Shown here: in pieces, positions 1 to 13,632 of the stretch
Layout of the letters: each line of letters opens with the position of its first letter
How positions within the stretch are numbered: the stretch's first letter is position 1
Assembly: GCF_009914755.1 (NCBI RefSeq)
Contig: NC_060928.1
Direction: 5' to 3' (one strand)
From: the human T2T-CHM13v2.0 reference genome, Homo sapiens
DNA: 64,000 nt
The notes under the pieces: generated by a model
Seen by the model: only the letters and a program-made list of their open reading frames with translations
What the model was told of the DNA's origin: nothing
The model's database searches: none
Translations under genes and position numbers: made by a program

Positions 1-1090
1 CTCCAAAGTGCATCTTCTCAACCAATATTAGAGATTATTAGCCCAGACTTCCCTATTTTATAATTGAGGGATTTCATTAGAGCACTAGAGGAGGAAGCTA
101 CCCTTCCAGTAAAAACTAGACTCCTAGTCTAGTGCTCTATGTAATTAAGTAATATGCTTATGTTTGCTATTTTTCTGGTTTTTCTCTTTCCCACAAAATA
201 TGTAATAGGAGACGGGAGGTCAGGAAAAGGGGAGAGAGAGAAAAAGAGAGAAGTTGCTTCTTTTGAAGATGTCCAGAATCCACAGTAGTCTACCTGCTCA
301 GACTCAATGGGGTTTTATTTGTAACCCCCAGTCTAGTGGGCAGCCCTGTATAGCCTTTCTTCCCATCATGGCTGTTTGAATCTTTCAGGTTAATAGCATG
401 AATATTAAAGACTCCAGTGGGACTCTTTATCCACAAAGGAAATTGGGATCAGGTTAAAAATCCAATTTTAATAAACTTTCCAAGTCCTGATTTAGATGAG
501 GTACTAATGGCTCTTACTGCTGAATCACCTTAAAAGTCAAATGTATTTTTAAAAGGGAAGCTTGTTGGGTATTGTTTAATTGTGCATTGCACATTCCTGT
601 CTTAATAGAAAAAGATCATCTGTAAAACTTATGAGAGCAGATAGGAAATGCCACTATCCACAGAGCCAGTTGGGTAGAGGGAAGGGCGTTGGGTTTGAAA
701 GATAATTTTCACTCGTTTGACCAAAACAAAGAGAGCATGATTGCACTGTGTGAAAATGATATCCTCGAATAACTCCACTAATTTGATTGTGCTGAGGTCT
801 AGAATTGTTTCTATTTCTTTTGATTTGCTAATTAGCTAGAGCAGTCCGCTAGTGAGAGGGGAAATGAGGGTCACAGCCATAAAACATGGAGGATTGTTGT
901 TCCTTCCAACTCAGCTCACCCATCTCATGCCTCCCCAACCATCCCGTCCCAACGCCCAATTTTGTCTCTGTGTATGTAACAACAATCCATCCATCTATGA
1001 CAAATTGAGTGATTCTTTTCTGAAAACAGGATTTTTAAGATTATCTACTTTATGACACCAAATTTGACACATCTTGGCATATGTGGTTAT

Positions 1091-1344
1091 GAGGTCCAGT
1101 TATGACTTTTATGATGTTTTCCTTTATGAATCCTGCTCCCTGCCTTGCCAAGTTAAAATTATATCTTATGATTACATTAGTATAAAGGTGAGTATATTTT
1201 CTTCTTTATTTAAATATCTTCTTTAATCTAAAAGTTTATCTTTTTCTGATTTTTAGAAGAAATTAAATCATTTTTGGGAAGCCCTCAAGGTACCATAAGC
1301 TCTGGGCAGTGTGCCTAAGACTTCTAATGGAGAATTTAGCCCTG
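1091..1344 (-). mobile_element. MER96B-like hAT-Tip100 MITE
   Basis: Reverse complement begins CAGGGCTAAATT...TAGGCACACTGCCCAGAGC and ends AAAGTCATAACTGGACCTC, matching my recollection of MER96B, including its AT-rich core. Confidence 0.65.
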
Positions 1345-1774
1345 TGCAGATGATATTGCAGAGGAGGAATGCTTAGTTAATTTAGGTAAAGTATGCACAG
1401 TAAATACAATTTCATAAAAAAGCTTATAGTCTATGGTGTTATGTAAACAACTATAGACAAATAGAATATTGCTTTTATTTGTTATCCTGTGTTAAACTGT
1501 GGCCAAAATTACACACATCAGTGTTAGAAAAATTGCAGTATTGCAGGCTTGAAGTGGTCCCCTTGTTCAAATTACTGGCCCCTGCTGAGTGCTGGAATAC
1601 CTTCAGGGCGATGGAAAATTGTGGCACTCTCTTTGATTTTAGATTTTGGGACCAAAGCTGGCTGATCTTTTGATGAGTCGGTCTTAATGATTTGCTCTTT
1701 TAGGCCTTATTCAAGGATACTGGGAACCTCACACTCTTCAGAAAAAAAAAAGTTTTCCTCCTGGCAGGCCTATC

Positions 1775-1892
1775 AGTTCAGTTGAATCAATATGTATTAG
1801 GTACCTCCCATATAGCAGCCTGTGTGCTAGGTACATGGGTAGAGATTTATTAAGAAGAATGAAATTCAATCTCTTACTTAGGAGCTCACAGA
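1775..1892 (-). mobile_element. L2 3' end fragment
   Basis: TCAATATGTATTAGGTACCTCCCATATAGCAGCCTGTGTGCTAGG...GGAGCTCACAG resembles the antisense L2 3' terminus. Confidence 0.6.
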
Positions 1893-2354
1893 TGTGCATT
1901 AACAGAAAAATTACAATTCAATCTAATCATTCTCATGAGTCCCTAGTTCCATTTGTAGTAGAAGGTCCAAGGAGCATTTGAACTGTGACTCTCAGACCCT
2001 TACCTCTTACTCTGAACTCTCAACTTCAATCAGCACATGCTGTTTCTAGCAGCTCTCTTCTGTCTTGGAGTCCTCACTGAAGTCCTCTAGAGTATGTCCC
2101 TATTGTCCCTGAAAACTGATGGTGCTGGCTTTTCCTTTCAAAGCCTTGTTTTAATTCTAGATTTAAAATAGCACTAATGCCACAAGAAGTCTCTTACACA
2201 ATGGTAGAGTTCTCTTTCCATAGACTTTGGAACACTGTTCTTTTGGAAATGTTTACAATGACACTTATAAGAACTGGCTATATATATATTAATCTGCTTT
2301 GTGGTGGAAATAAATATTTTGTAGAATGCTTTGAAGCTTAGGCAATTAGTTCTT

Positions 2355-2753
2355 TTTAACAAAAATTAATTTAATTTTCTTTTAAGTTCCAGGATACCTG
2401 TGCAGGACATGACATGCAGGTTTGTCATGTAGGTAAACATGTGCCATGGTGGTTTGCTGCACCTGTCGACCCATCACCTAGGTATTAAGCCCCACATGCA
2501 TTAGCTATTTTTCCTGATGTTCTCCCTCCCTCCACCCCCTTGACAGGCCACAGTGTGTGTTGTTCCCCTCCCTGTGTCCATGAGTTCTCATTGTTCAGCT
2601 CCCACTTATAAGTGAGAACATGTGACGTTTGGCTTTCTGTTCCTGTGTTAGTCTGTGGAGGATATTGGCTTCCAGCTCCAACCATGTCTCTGCAAAGGAC
2701 ATGATCTCATTCCTTTTTATGGCTGCATAGTATTCCATGGTGTATATGTACCA
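2355..2753 (-). mobile_element. 5'-truncated L1PA 3' UTR (about L1PA8-11)
   Basis: Antisense L1 3' UTR (CTCCCACTTATAAGTGAGAACATG, GGCTGCATAGTATTCCATGGTGTATATGTACCA). TSD GCAATTAGTTCTT at 2342-2354 and GCAGTTAGTTCTT at 2754-2766. Confidence 0.93.
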
Positions 2754-2949
2754 GCAGTTAGTTCTTAAATTAAAAAAAAAAGCTTTCATATTTAATCAAG
2801 TTAGGTTATTTCAATATATGCACCATAATGATTATTGTAAAGTAAGTTCTGTAAACTAAGGAAAAATAACTATTTTGTGCAATCTCAGAAAAATCTACTA
2901 GATGGTATGGGAAACAAGAAAGAGAAATGAAGAGGCAAATAAAAACATG

Positions 2950-3108
2950 GCATTTATTGAGTAGCTGTATGCTGGGAGATTTGAACATTCTCCTTTCCTT
3001 TCCCCTAATTTTACGTACAGAGAAGTAACTTCTTGAAGGTTGTATGTTCCAGCTTGCAACTAGCCATGTTGGATTTAGAAACAGGTCAAAGTCAAGTTCC
3101 ATGCTTTC
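2950..3108 (-). mobile_element. MIR fragment
   Basis: Degenerate antisense MIR core (TTTTACGTACAGAGAAGTAACTT...GGATTTAGAAACAGG). Confidence 0.55.
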
Positions 3109-4384
3109 TTCCTGTCTCATGATAGCATTCTCTCCCATTCTCTACCTGCACATATATATTTCATAAAACTAGAAAGAGGACTCCACTATATTTTACATCA
3201 TTTCTTCAAATGAAGAAGAGATCTGAGTTCTTCATACCTTCAACATGTACTTACATTCCAGGAATTTAACTATCCGTAAGGTATTTAAATCCTACATTCA
3301 TGATATTGTTTTAATTGCCCTGAGTCAACTAATTGACAAAGGAAAATGCTATGCTTAAAAGCTCAGTTCTCAGTGTAATTATTTTTCTCTCCCCACATAT
3401 AATCATCCTTTAAATATAAAAGCTATTATAGAGATGCAGTTTCCAGCAAACTTTATCTCACATTGAGGCCCTTGACTTTATGTGGTGTTTCAGATCAGCT
3501 TTTTTGTCAAGGGTCACACATTCATTCCAGCATCACTTAATTCTTTAGCTGTTAGTCTCCATCCAGCACTAGGGTAGACCCTGGAGATGCAAAAGCAAGC
3601 TAGAGACAGTACCCTTATTCTCATGGAGCTAAACATTAGAGAGGTATTGGTGTATTCTTCGGAGTATATAATGCCCTTTCCAGCTATGGACTCTGCCTTT
3701 CTTTATGTATTCACCTCTTCCTGGAAGCCACTTTGAGTTGGCAGAAACACTCTGCCTGCCTCAGGAGACAGAGGGAATTATTTGTTGATAAATTGGGGAA
3801 GAATGGCTCTAAATGCTTACATCAGCTCTGTCCTTCCTCTTGGGAATGAGATGCATGCAGGGAGCATTTAGCCTGCAAGGCTTCTCTGCTGCTCTTCAGG
3901 GATGCTTCCCTGTAGGAGAGAGATCTACCTGGGTCTGGGGTGGCCTCTTCCTCCCTGGGTGAGTGTGCCTAGTTCTGGGGTTCAGCTAGTGGGTATCTTG
4001 GCTCTGTCACAGTTATACCCTCCATCATGGCCTCTATTGGTAATAAAGGAGATACTTAGCTCTCATCTGTCTTAGTCTTCGTTCCATTAGCAGGGAAGAG
4101 GGGTGTCATTCATCGTGGCTGATTTAAAGCTACAAAACTGATGAGCTTTCTGTATCCCTTTCTTTCTGGCTCCTAATTCACTTATCCTTTGCCCATAATT
4201 AGCACTCATTATGCACTGTCCTGTTCGTTAATTGTTACCATGGCTATGGCTTTTTCTTGATGTTTTTGTGAGTCTATCGTGTTTATAGCTTATGTCTTTT
4301 AGGCCCTACTTATAAGTAGAAAGAGAACAGGAAGTGAGCTCCCCCAAAATAGACATGCAGTCAATATCACAAACCCCAAGAGGG

Positions 4385-4560
4385 CAAGTTCTGGAACCAG
4401 CAGATTCCAGCTCTGCAATATTAGCTCTATAACTTCACCCACATTACTTAACCTCAGTTTCTTCCTCTGGAAAATGGGGAAAATAATGACACCCTTCTCA
4501 TATTATCACACATGAAGTTCCTGACACAGAGTACACACTGAATGCATGTGTGCTGTTATT
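4385..4560 (+). mobile_element. MIR
   Basis: TTACTTAACCTCAGTTTCTTCCTCTGGAAAATGGGGAAAATAAT is the MIR core. Confidence 0.75.
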
Positions 4561-4685
4561 ACAAAAAGGAATTAAATCAGATGGTTTTACCTTCCTTAGA
4601 AAGAATTAATACAGAAAAAAAAAAAGCTCCTCAACTCTCTTAAGTACTCTGAATGAATGACCTCTGTATTGCAGACTCTTTAAAG

Positions 4686-5009
4686 CAGCAGTCTCCAAAC
4701 TTTTTAGCACCAGAGACTGGTTTCGAGGAAGACAATTTTTCCACAGACCCGGGTGGGGTGAAGGATGGTTTTGGGATGATTCAAGCCCATTACACTTACC
4801 ATTCTATTCTCATAAAAGAGCGCACAACCTTGCATGCACGGTTCACAGTTGGGTTCTGGCTCCTGTGGGAATCTAATGCCGCCGCTGATCTGACAGGAAG
4901 CTGAGCTCAGGCAGCCAGTGCTGGCTTGCCTTACCTCCTGCTGTTCTGCCCAGGTCCTGACAGGCCACAGAGCAGTACTGGTCCACAACCTGGGGGCTGG
5001 GGACACCTG
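4686..5009 (-). mobile_element. MER1 (MER1A/B) hAT-Charlie element
   Basis: TIR-like ends CAGCAGTCTCCAA and CTGGGGACACCTG. Internal GAATCTAATGCCGCCGCTGATCTGACAGGA. 8-bp TSD CTTTAAAG (4678-4685) / CTTTAAGG (5010-5017). Confidence 0.9.
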
Positions 5010-5109
5010 CTTTAAGGGAACAGTTCTTGAGAACAAACATCTGCTCCAGAGGTCATTGATGCTTGAAGATCATAGTGAAAGAAGAATGTTCTCAAAGAAC
5101 AAGATTTTT

Positions 5110-5295
5110 GGGTCAGATATTGCTATGTTTGAATCTCTTTCCTTCAAATCCACTTACACATCCTCCCTGAACCTCGTTTTTTAAATAAAATAATACAATG
5201 ATATTTACATATAATATAATATTTTGAGATTTAGGTTAAATGGTGCAGTTGAAAGTCACTAATAGTATAAGGCATATGGCATATTGTACATCAAT
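5110..5295 (+). mobile_element. Degenerate MIR
   Basis: Weak colinear match (GTTTGAATC...CTGAACCTCGTTTTTT...AAAATAATA). Confidence 0.45.
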
Positions 5296-5720
5296 CTATT
5301 GTATTTTATATCAATATATGTTGTATTCAATATTGTTCATTATTCATTGTTCATTATTCAATATGTATTCATATTGTACATCAATATATGTTGAATAACT
5401 GAATCCAGGGAATATTCCTTCTGCAACTGATTTCAAATAGTGCCATTACCCAGAGCTGTGGATGTTGCCTGAGTTGACTTGTACTTACCTGCAAAGCAAG
5501 TGACCTTGAACGGGCAGAGTAAGAGGAAGAGGCCCTCCATGGAAAACTAAACAACTGGTCCATTTTTGTTTGAATAATCAAGTCTGGGAGGTGTTCCTTG
5601 TGCAGAGCACATTATTTTCTTTCTATATTGGATAGCTGTACCCCATTCACAGGGGTGACATGCCATTCATACTGCAGCAGTAGGAAAGTCCCCATGGTTT
5701 CTCTTTCCTCATTCACTTTT

Positions 5721-5971
5721 ATATGTATATATATTTTTTATTATACTTTAAGTTCTAGGGTACATGTGCACAATGTTCAGGTTTTTTACATATGTATACA
5801 CGTGCCATGTTGGTGTGCTGCACCCATTAACTTGTCATTTACCTTAGGTATATCTCCTAATGCTATCCCTCCCCACTCCCCCTACTCCACAACAGGCCCC
5901 AGTGTGTGATGTTCCCCTTCCTGTGTCTAAGTGTTCTTATTGTTCAATTCCCATCTGTGAGTGAGAACACA
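5721..5971 (-). mobile_element. 5'-truncated young L1PA 3' end (about L1PA3-5)
   Basis: TTATTATACTTTAAGTTCTAGGGTACATGTGCACAA...CCTAATGCTATCCCTCCCC. Perfect 12-bp TSD TCATTCACTTTT at 5709-5720 and 5972-5983. Confidence 0.95.
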
Positions 5972-5983
5972 TCATTCACTTTT

Positions 5984-6062
5984 GATGTCGGTGGAATAGT
6001 GGCCCCCACAAAGACGTACACATCCGGATCCCCAGAACCTATGAATATGTTCCTTTACATGG
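5984..6062 (+). mobile_element. MLT1D-like LTR 5' fragment
   Basis: GAATAGTGGCCCCCACAAAGACGTACACATCC...GAACCTATGAATATGTTCCTTTACATGG matches the MLT1D start as I recall it. Confidence 0.7.
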
Positions 6063-6478
6063 TTTTATGGATTGATCTGTATGCTGCTAAAATTAATATG
6101 TTGAAGTTGTGGCCCACAATACCACAAAATGTGACTAAATTTGGAGATAGGTCTTTTCAGAGGTAATCAATTTAAGATGAGTTTATTAGGGTAGATGCTA
6201 ATTTAATGTAACTTTGTTCCCATAAGAAGGAAAAAATTGGACACGGAGATAAGGACAGAGGAAAGATGATGTGAAGACAGGGGCAGAAGTCAGCCATCTA
6301 CAAGTCAAAGGGAGACATGTGGAACAGATTCACCCTAACAGCCCTCAGATGGAAGCAACACCACTAACACTTTGCTCTTGGACTTCTAGCTTCCAGAACT
6401 GAGAGACAATATCTTTCTGTTGCTTAAGTCATTCTGTCTGTGATACTGTGTTTATGGCAGCCCTGGCAAACTAATACA
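6063..6478 (+). mobile_element. MLT1B solo LTR (MaLR)
   Basis: TTTGGAGATAGGTCTTTTCAGAGGTAATC, CTTGGACTTCTAGCTTCCAGAACTG, ending GCAGCCCTGGCAAACTAATACA. Confidence 0.88.
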
Positions 6479-6738
6479 GTCCCACAAAGATTTGGTTGTT
6501 GCTTTGCAAGAGAATGTATAATTCCTGGTTATTTCTACAAATAAGGGCATTGACTTTATAAAGCTACAAGTATACCCCAGTATTCTGTTTCTGGTTTTTG
6601 TTTACTTTCATATATGCTATCTTTTCATTCCCAGGTGAAATCATAGTGCATTTTAAATGATATTTTAAAGAGCAATTATACTCGTCATATGTACTTCAAA
6701 TAATACTGATTCCTCAATTGAAGTAATGGTAACATGAG

Positions 6739-7610
<872 letters not shown>

Positions 7611-8379
7611 ATAGGAGCAAGGCCATCAATGTCAGTCAGTGACATCAACATCATGTAGACTGCTTGGCCAACAGTAATGCTAAAATGCCATCAATCTTGA
7701 GATCATCTTCATCTCATAAATATTAACATGTAAAAAAAGTCATTTTAAAGTAAAGAAAATATGTTATTTTTTAACATTTGAAACAGCCCCTGAAGTCATG
7801 TTTTAGAACATTTTCTCATCATTTTTTGTGTGACTTTTATAATATCTTTTATATTATATGTTATAATAGGGAATAAAGAAAGTAAAATAACTCCAAATCA
7901 AATTTTGAGCACTTACCAATTATTAAATCATTTAAACAGTCAGGAAATGGATACTACTGTGTTCTAGAAATGGGTACCAACTCTCAAAATGTTTCACGTA
8001 CTCATGGAAATAACATGGCTTTAATGGAAGGGCTTAGGGAGTTCTGCTTCAAGCTGGCTGATCAGAAAAAGGGGAAGCCTCAGAAAGGAAGTGGGATCTG
8101 TACATGCACCCAGGAAGCACAGCTTTAGTGTCAATGGAGAAGTTTCGAATAGCAAAATTCTCCACTGAACTTGCTGAAAGCACGAGAGGAGAAAGAAGCA
8201 TTTGCAGGCCCAGATGATACCTAAGAGAGGACTGTGCATTGCTTTTCAACCTCCACATGTCAGTACTCAAGGGTTAAGCTGAATTTTAAAAATTTACTTT
8301 TGTATTTGTTTCATTGTATATTACTACCTGTTCACTATAGCTAATTGGGAAACTTACAAAAATTAGAAATAATAAGATT

Positions 8380-9722
8380 CCTCTTTCCCCAAAGTCACCA
8401 CTATCCTGAATTTTAAAACTAGAGCTTACTTTTGCAATCTTGACACTTTATTTCACTACCGTCATATAGTATCCTTCTGTGTCTCAGTCCTTTTTCTTTT
8501 TTTGACATTGTTATGAAGTTCATCCATGTTGTTGCATGGGCTAAGGCTCATTTTTATTGCTGAATAATGTCATATTGTATGAATGTACTAAATATTCTTA
8601 GTCATCCTTCTGTTGAGGGTATTTGTGCTGTTTCCAGTTAGGACTTTCACAAATCATGGTTTCATGAACATTCTTTGTGATGGCTAATATCAGGTGTCAA
8701 CTTGATTAGATTGAGGGATGCCTAGATGGCTGGTCATTGTTTCTGGGTGTGTCTGTGAGGGTGTTGCCAGAGGAGATTGATATTTGAGTCAGTGGACTGG
8801 GAGAGGAAGATCTCATGCTCCTCAATGTGAGTGGGAACCATCCAATCCACGGCCAGCAGTCCTCTCTCAGACAAAAACAAAGCAGGTGGAAGAAGGTGGG
8901 ATAAGTTGGCTTGCTGAGTCTTCTGGCTTTCATCTTTCTCCTGTGCTGGATCGTTTTTGTCCTTGGACATCAGACTCCATGTTCTTCCGCCGTTGGACTC
9001 TTGGACTTACAGCAGTGGTTTTGCTGGGGGCTTTTGGGCCTTTGGCCACAGACTGAAAACTGCACTGTCAGCTTCTTTGGTTTTGAGGCTTTTGGACTCA
9101 GACTGAGGCACTATTGGCTTCTTTCTTCCCCAGTTTGCAGAAGTCATATTGTGGACTTTGCCTTGTGATCGTGTGAGCCAATTCTTCCTAATAAACTCTC
9201 TTTCATATATACATATATCCTATTAGTTCTGTTCCTCCAGAGAACCCTGACTAATATACTCATAGATATGCTTTTTGGTACACGATTTCAAGCATATATT
9301 TGGTGTAAACCTAAGAGTGAGATTGTCACATCACAGGACTTTCAAATGATCAACTTGAATGGTTAATGTTGAACTGCTTTCCAAAGAAGTGAGGCCAACT
9401 CATACCCTACCAGTCATGTTTCTCTGTTTTTTTTTCAAAGATTTTGGTAGTATCAGTCTTTGCAATATTAGCCATTTTGTTGAGTAGGTAGTAGTGTGTC
9501 ATTTTGGTTTTCACTGGATTTTGTGATGACAAATGAAGTTGAACACTTTTACTTAGCTATACTTTCAGTTTAGTTTACTTGTAATTAGTTACAGTGTTTA
9601 ATGGCTGTTTGGGTCTCTTCTTTCATGAAGTGCCTATTCTTGTCTTTTGCCTATTGTTTCCTATTGGCTTGTTTGCATTTTTGTTAGTGATTTCTAAAAA
9701 GTCTCTATATATTTGGGATAAG
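8380..9722 (-). mobile_element. Old L1M (ME/MC) 3' region, interrupted by MLT2A
   Basis: Antisense L1 motifs TTCATCCATGTTGTTGCATG, ATGAACATTCTT and TTTTGCCTATTGTTTCCTATTGG on both sides of the LTR. Confidence 0.8.
8676..9258 (+). mobile_element. MLT2A (ERVL) solo LTR
   Basis: TGTGATGGCTAATATCAGGTGTCAACTTGATT ... CTAATAAACTC ... GAGAACCCTGACTAATATA. Confidence 0.93.
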
Positions 9723-9724
9723 TG

Positions 9725-9865
9725 GCTGTGACTCAGTTTTATAACGTATAAAATAGAAATAATAATGCTCCCCACATATGACATTGTTATGAGGAGTGTA
9801 TTAGTTAATACACAGAAAAGCTTCAAGCCAAATGTGGCACAGAGTAAGTGCTCAGTATTATTGTG
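9725..9865 (+). mobile_element. MIR 3' half
   Basis: CTCAGTTTT...AAAATAGAAATAATAAT...TGGCACAGAGTAAGTGCTCA. Confidence 0.7.
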
Positions 9866-11094
9866 CTTAGCCGAAAGAACACTGCTAAGAACTGTGGACA
9901 CAGAAATCCAAAGAGGCCTTCTAACTTCCATTCAACACATTTTGCCTTGCACAACAACTTCTCAGAAGTTCTGAAACTCACTATACTTGCCCCTAATTGT
10001 GCCCCAGTACTAGCTTTAGTGAGAAGTACTGTGATAATTTTGTTACAATCCCAACACTATTTTTTAAAATTGTATTTTTCCTTGTAGAAGAAGGCAGTTT
10101 TCAAGCTGCAAATTGATAGGGAAGCACTTATTCTCACAGGCACTGCATGGTACAATTGGCATTTAGCATGTTCATTGCAAAAGTTTTAAAAGAATAGCAC
10201 TGCAGCAGGAGAAAGAGGAAGACAACGACAATAACAACAACAACAAAGCAAAGTAAAAACTACTCCCTGAATGCAGAAATAAAATGTATTAAAAATTAAA
10301 GGGTGCACAATGGGAGCAATTAAGTGTTTTAGGCCAAGTGCCCGTTCTTGCCTCATCCAAATTCCCTTGGTTCACTGGCCACATTTAAGAAAAAAGGGAC
10401 AATTTTTATCTTCTGCCCTAGTGAAAATTGTTTTGCTCCCAGTAGCCAGACAATAAAAATTTCCTATAAACAAATAAACACACTTTAATCACCGTGGTTA
10501 TTCTCCTTCTATCAGTGGAATTTTCACAGATAAAGTTTGTTGAGGAGGATAGAAAAACCACAATTTAGGCCTTTGAAACCAAAAATGACAGAAAAATCTT
10601 TCATTTATTATTCCTCGTGGACAATAGCTCTTAATATCTTCCTTCTAGGTTTCTTAATTAAATTCAGCTTCTTATATTTTTCTCTTGATTCACCCACTTT
10701 CATTCCCAGATTAACCTAGATCTTCATAACTATAATTTCTCAACTGTAAAATTTCATTTACCTCATTTAAATTTCTGTAGATTTCTCTCCCCAAGTGGAA
10801 AGTTTGATTATTCACTCTTTCACCTTTCTCCCCAGGCAATAAAACTATGCTGCTTAGACTAGTGCTAACTGATTTATAAACAGTCAAATAAATTGCATTA
10901 TTCTGTATAATTCATATATGTGTGAATATAGAGTGACTTTAGAAAGTGACAGTGATAGTCCTAGCCTGTGAAGAATGGCCACCATCTTCAAAGATCCTTC
11001 TGAAGCGTTATCTTTTCCACACAATCTCTGATTTCTTCTGGGGGAAAGGACTAGTTTTCTCTTTCAAATCCCCCAGCATGTCTCCAAGGGCATT

Positions 11095-11470
11095 ATAGTT
11101 GATTAGTTCATTTTTTCCTGATCATCTGCTCCCTGCATCTCCATAGAGGATGAGACATACCTGCCTCTTGCTATATGACTTTCAGTGGCCCCCTGTGCTT
11201 TTCTGTCACTGGTGCCAGGCTTGGCCAAGTGACATTCTTCAGTCAACGGAAGGGGAGCAGATTAGTTCCTTCTGAGAGGAAGTTTTCAAAGGCATTATAA
11301 GTTTTTACCAGCTTCATTGCTCTTTTCCTGTGCCAAGTTCCTTCGGCTTGGTCCCAAGAATGAGAAGGCACATGGAACCATGGGACCTGAGCTGTGGCCT
11401 CCTACATGTGACATGAGCAAGAAAGAAATATCTGAGGTTTGGGGGTCATTGGTTACTTCAGCACTTAGCA
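11095..11470 (+). mobile_element. Old MLT1H/I/J-like LTR inside an L2
   Basis: GGCTTGGCCAAGTGACATTCTTCAGTCAACGGAA and ACATGAGCAAGAAAGAAAT...TTACTTCAGCAC. Flanking L2 sequence ends AATAAATGTTTGTGGAATAAGTGAATG near 11605. Confidence 0.65.
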
Positions 11471-11649
11471 CTTTATTGAAATTGTTTGTTTGCTTGTCTT
11501 ATTCAAGGTGCATTCAGGAAATGCATCTTCTTCGTTGGATGTCTGCATAGTCTGGAGCTTGGCAGTTGGTGGGAGCTAATAAATGTTTGTGGAATAAGTG
11601 AATGATTCAATGAAGATCTCCAATGAGAAGCATCTATTATCTGCCATGG

Positions 11650-12240
11650 CAATTGTGCTGACTGGAGAATGTTTCTTACCCTGAGCAGAAATTGAATCCT
11701 CCTGTACTTCCACTATGGGTTTTAGTTATATCCCTTAGGCTCCTATAAAACCGTCTAATTCCTCATCCATATGACAGCCCTCTAATGCCTGAAAGCAGTG
11801 CTACTATTCATCTTAGGATGTTATCTTTGCAGAATAGGTATTCCCAGTCCTTATCCATTTTGGTATCTCCCATGGTTTTAATGTCCTTGGTTTCCTGGGG
11901 GTCCTCTTTGCAGGTGCTCTTGATACATGTCTCTCTTAGCACATGGGATCTGCAATTAGCATCATTATCCATGTGTGGTCAGAGTAGCACAGGGTGAGGA
12001 AAGAGTGTCTCCTCCCTCTGTCTAGACCAATTATACTGAGTCTAACACAGCCTCCAGTTGCCTTCACTGGTCTTGGCAGCCCCATCATGCTGCTGACCCA
12101 TGTGGAGTCAACCAAATCCCTTAAGTCTTTTCCAGGAGCCTTTATTGTCAAGCTCTGCCTCAACTTGTGCAGGTGGTTTGGGGAATCCAAATGTAGATCT
12201 TTATACTTTTCCCTGTTTGCTTACTCCCCTCATTTCATCT
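11650..12240 (-). mobile_element. L3/CR1 LINE ORF2 C-terminal remnant
   Basis: Colinear with the antisense CR1 3' region. Minus-strand translation KDLRDLVDS...KATGGCVRLSI resembles CR1 EKDLGVLVD...KANGILGCIRRSV. Confidence 0.8.
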
Positions 12241-12501
12241 AGTTACTGATTTCTGTCTACAGTATTTTGGGAAATGAAGGCTTTGGTTTCTGGGAAAGGA
12301 AATGCAGCAGGTAGTCCACACAAAGGAGAAACAACTGTGTCTCGTTAATCCTGGTATGGCTAGAGAGCTCCATTTTCAGGTTCTGCAATGTATACTTCAC
12401 TATGTGAGGTAGCTCATTTCTAGTACTGTACTGTCTTTGCTTGGTTTCTCAAGGGGAATAGAAGAGTAGCATCAATAGCACACACCAACAAGAAGCTCTA
12501 T

Positions 12502-13071
12502 GTGTGACATATAGACTGACTGTAAGGTGTTCCCCATAACCCCAGCTTCCCGGTAATCATGCTCTTTGATTATCCCCTTGGCTTGAGTATAGACATGTCC
12601 TGTAACTTGCTTCTATCCAATGGAATATGGCAAAGCCAATGGGATATATGTGATTGCATGTACATAATTATATTTGGTGTGATTGTAACATTGCTTCCTT
12701 GCTGGCTGTGAGGAGCAAGCTTCTAGGCTGTGATCTGTTCCCTGGGAAGAGGCCACATAGTCAGAAACTGAGGGCAACTTCTAGCTGACAGCTAGCAAGA
12801 AGCTAAGGCCCTCAACCTGACAGCTTGCCAGAAACAGGATGCTATCAACAACCAAATGCGCCTGGAAAAGGATGCTTTCCCAGTCCACCCTTGAAGTGAG
12901 GTTGCAGCACTGGCTGATGCCTTGATTGCAGCTTCCAGATGAGACTCTGAGGCAGATGATTCAACAAAGCCAGGCCCGACTCCTGATCCATGGAAACTGT
13001 GATATAATAAATGTGTGGTGTTTTATGCTGCTAACTTTGTTGTAAATTATTTATCAGCAATATGCAATTAA
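12502..13071 (+). mobile_element. MLT1F/E-like solo LTR
   Basis: TGTAACTTGCTTCTATCCAATGGAATATGGCAAAG, GCCTTGATTGCAGC, GAAACTGTGATATAATAAATGTGTG. Confidence 0.85.
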
Positions 13072-13119
13072 GTGGTAGAAACCAAATTCAATTGGAAGCC
13101 TATGACATCATGTAGCCAA

Positions 13120-13178
13120 AATATAAATATATATCATATATAATATATATATATATAATATATAATATATATATATAT
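13120..13178. repeat. (TA)n-rich low-complexity tract
   Basis: Direct reading. Confidence 0.9.
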
Positions 13179-13316
13179 GCCCACTGGCCTGCTGTCTCTT
13201 TTTGAAGGGTTGCATTGACTTATAGAACCCCTAATAATTTCCATGGCCTATACCATGAGGATGTGAAAAGGCCACTTATCAGTAGTAGTAGCAGTAGTAG
13301 TAATAGAGCTGTTTTT

Positions 13317-13632
<316 letters not shown>

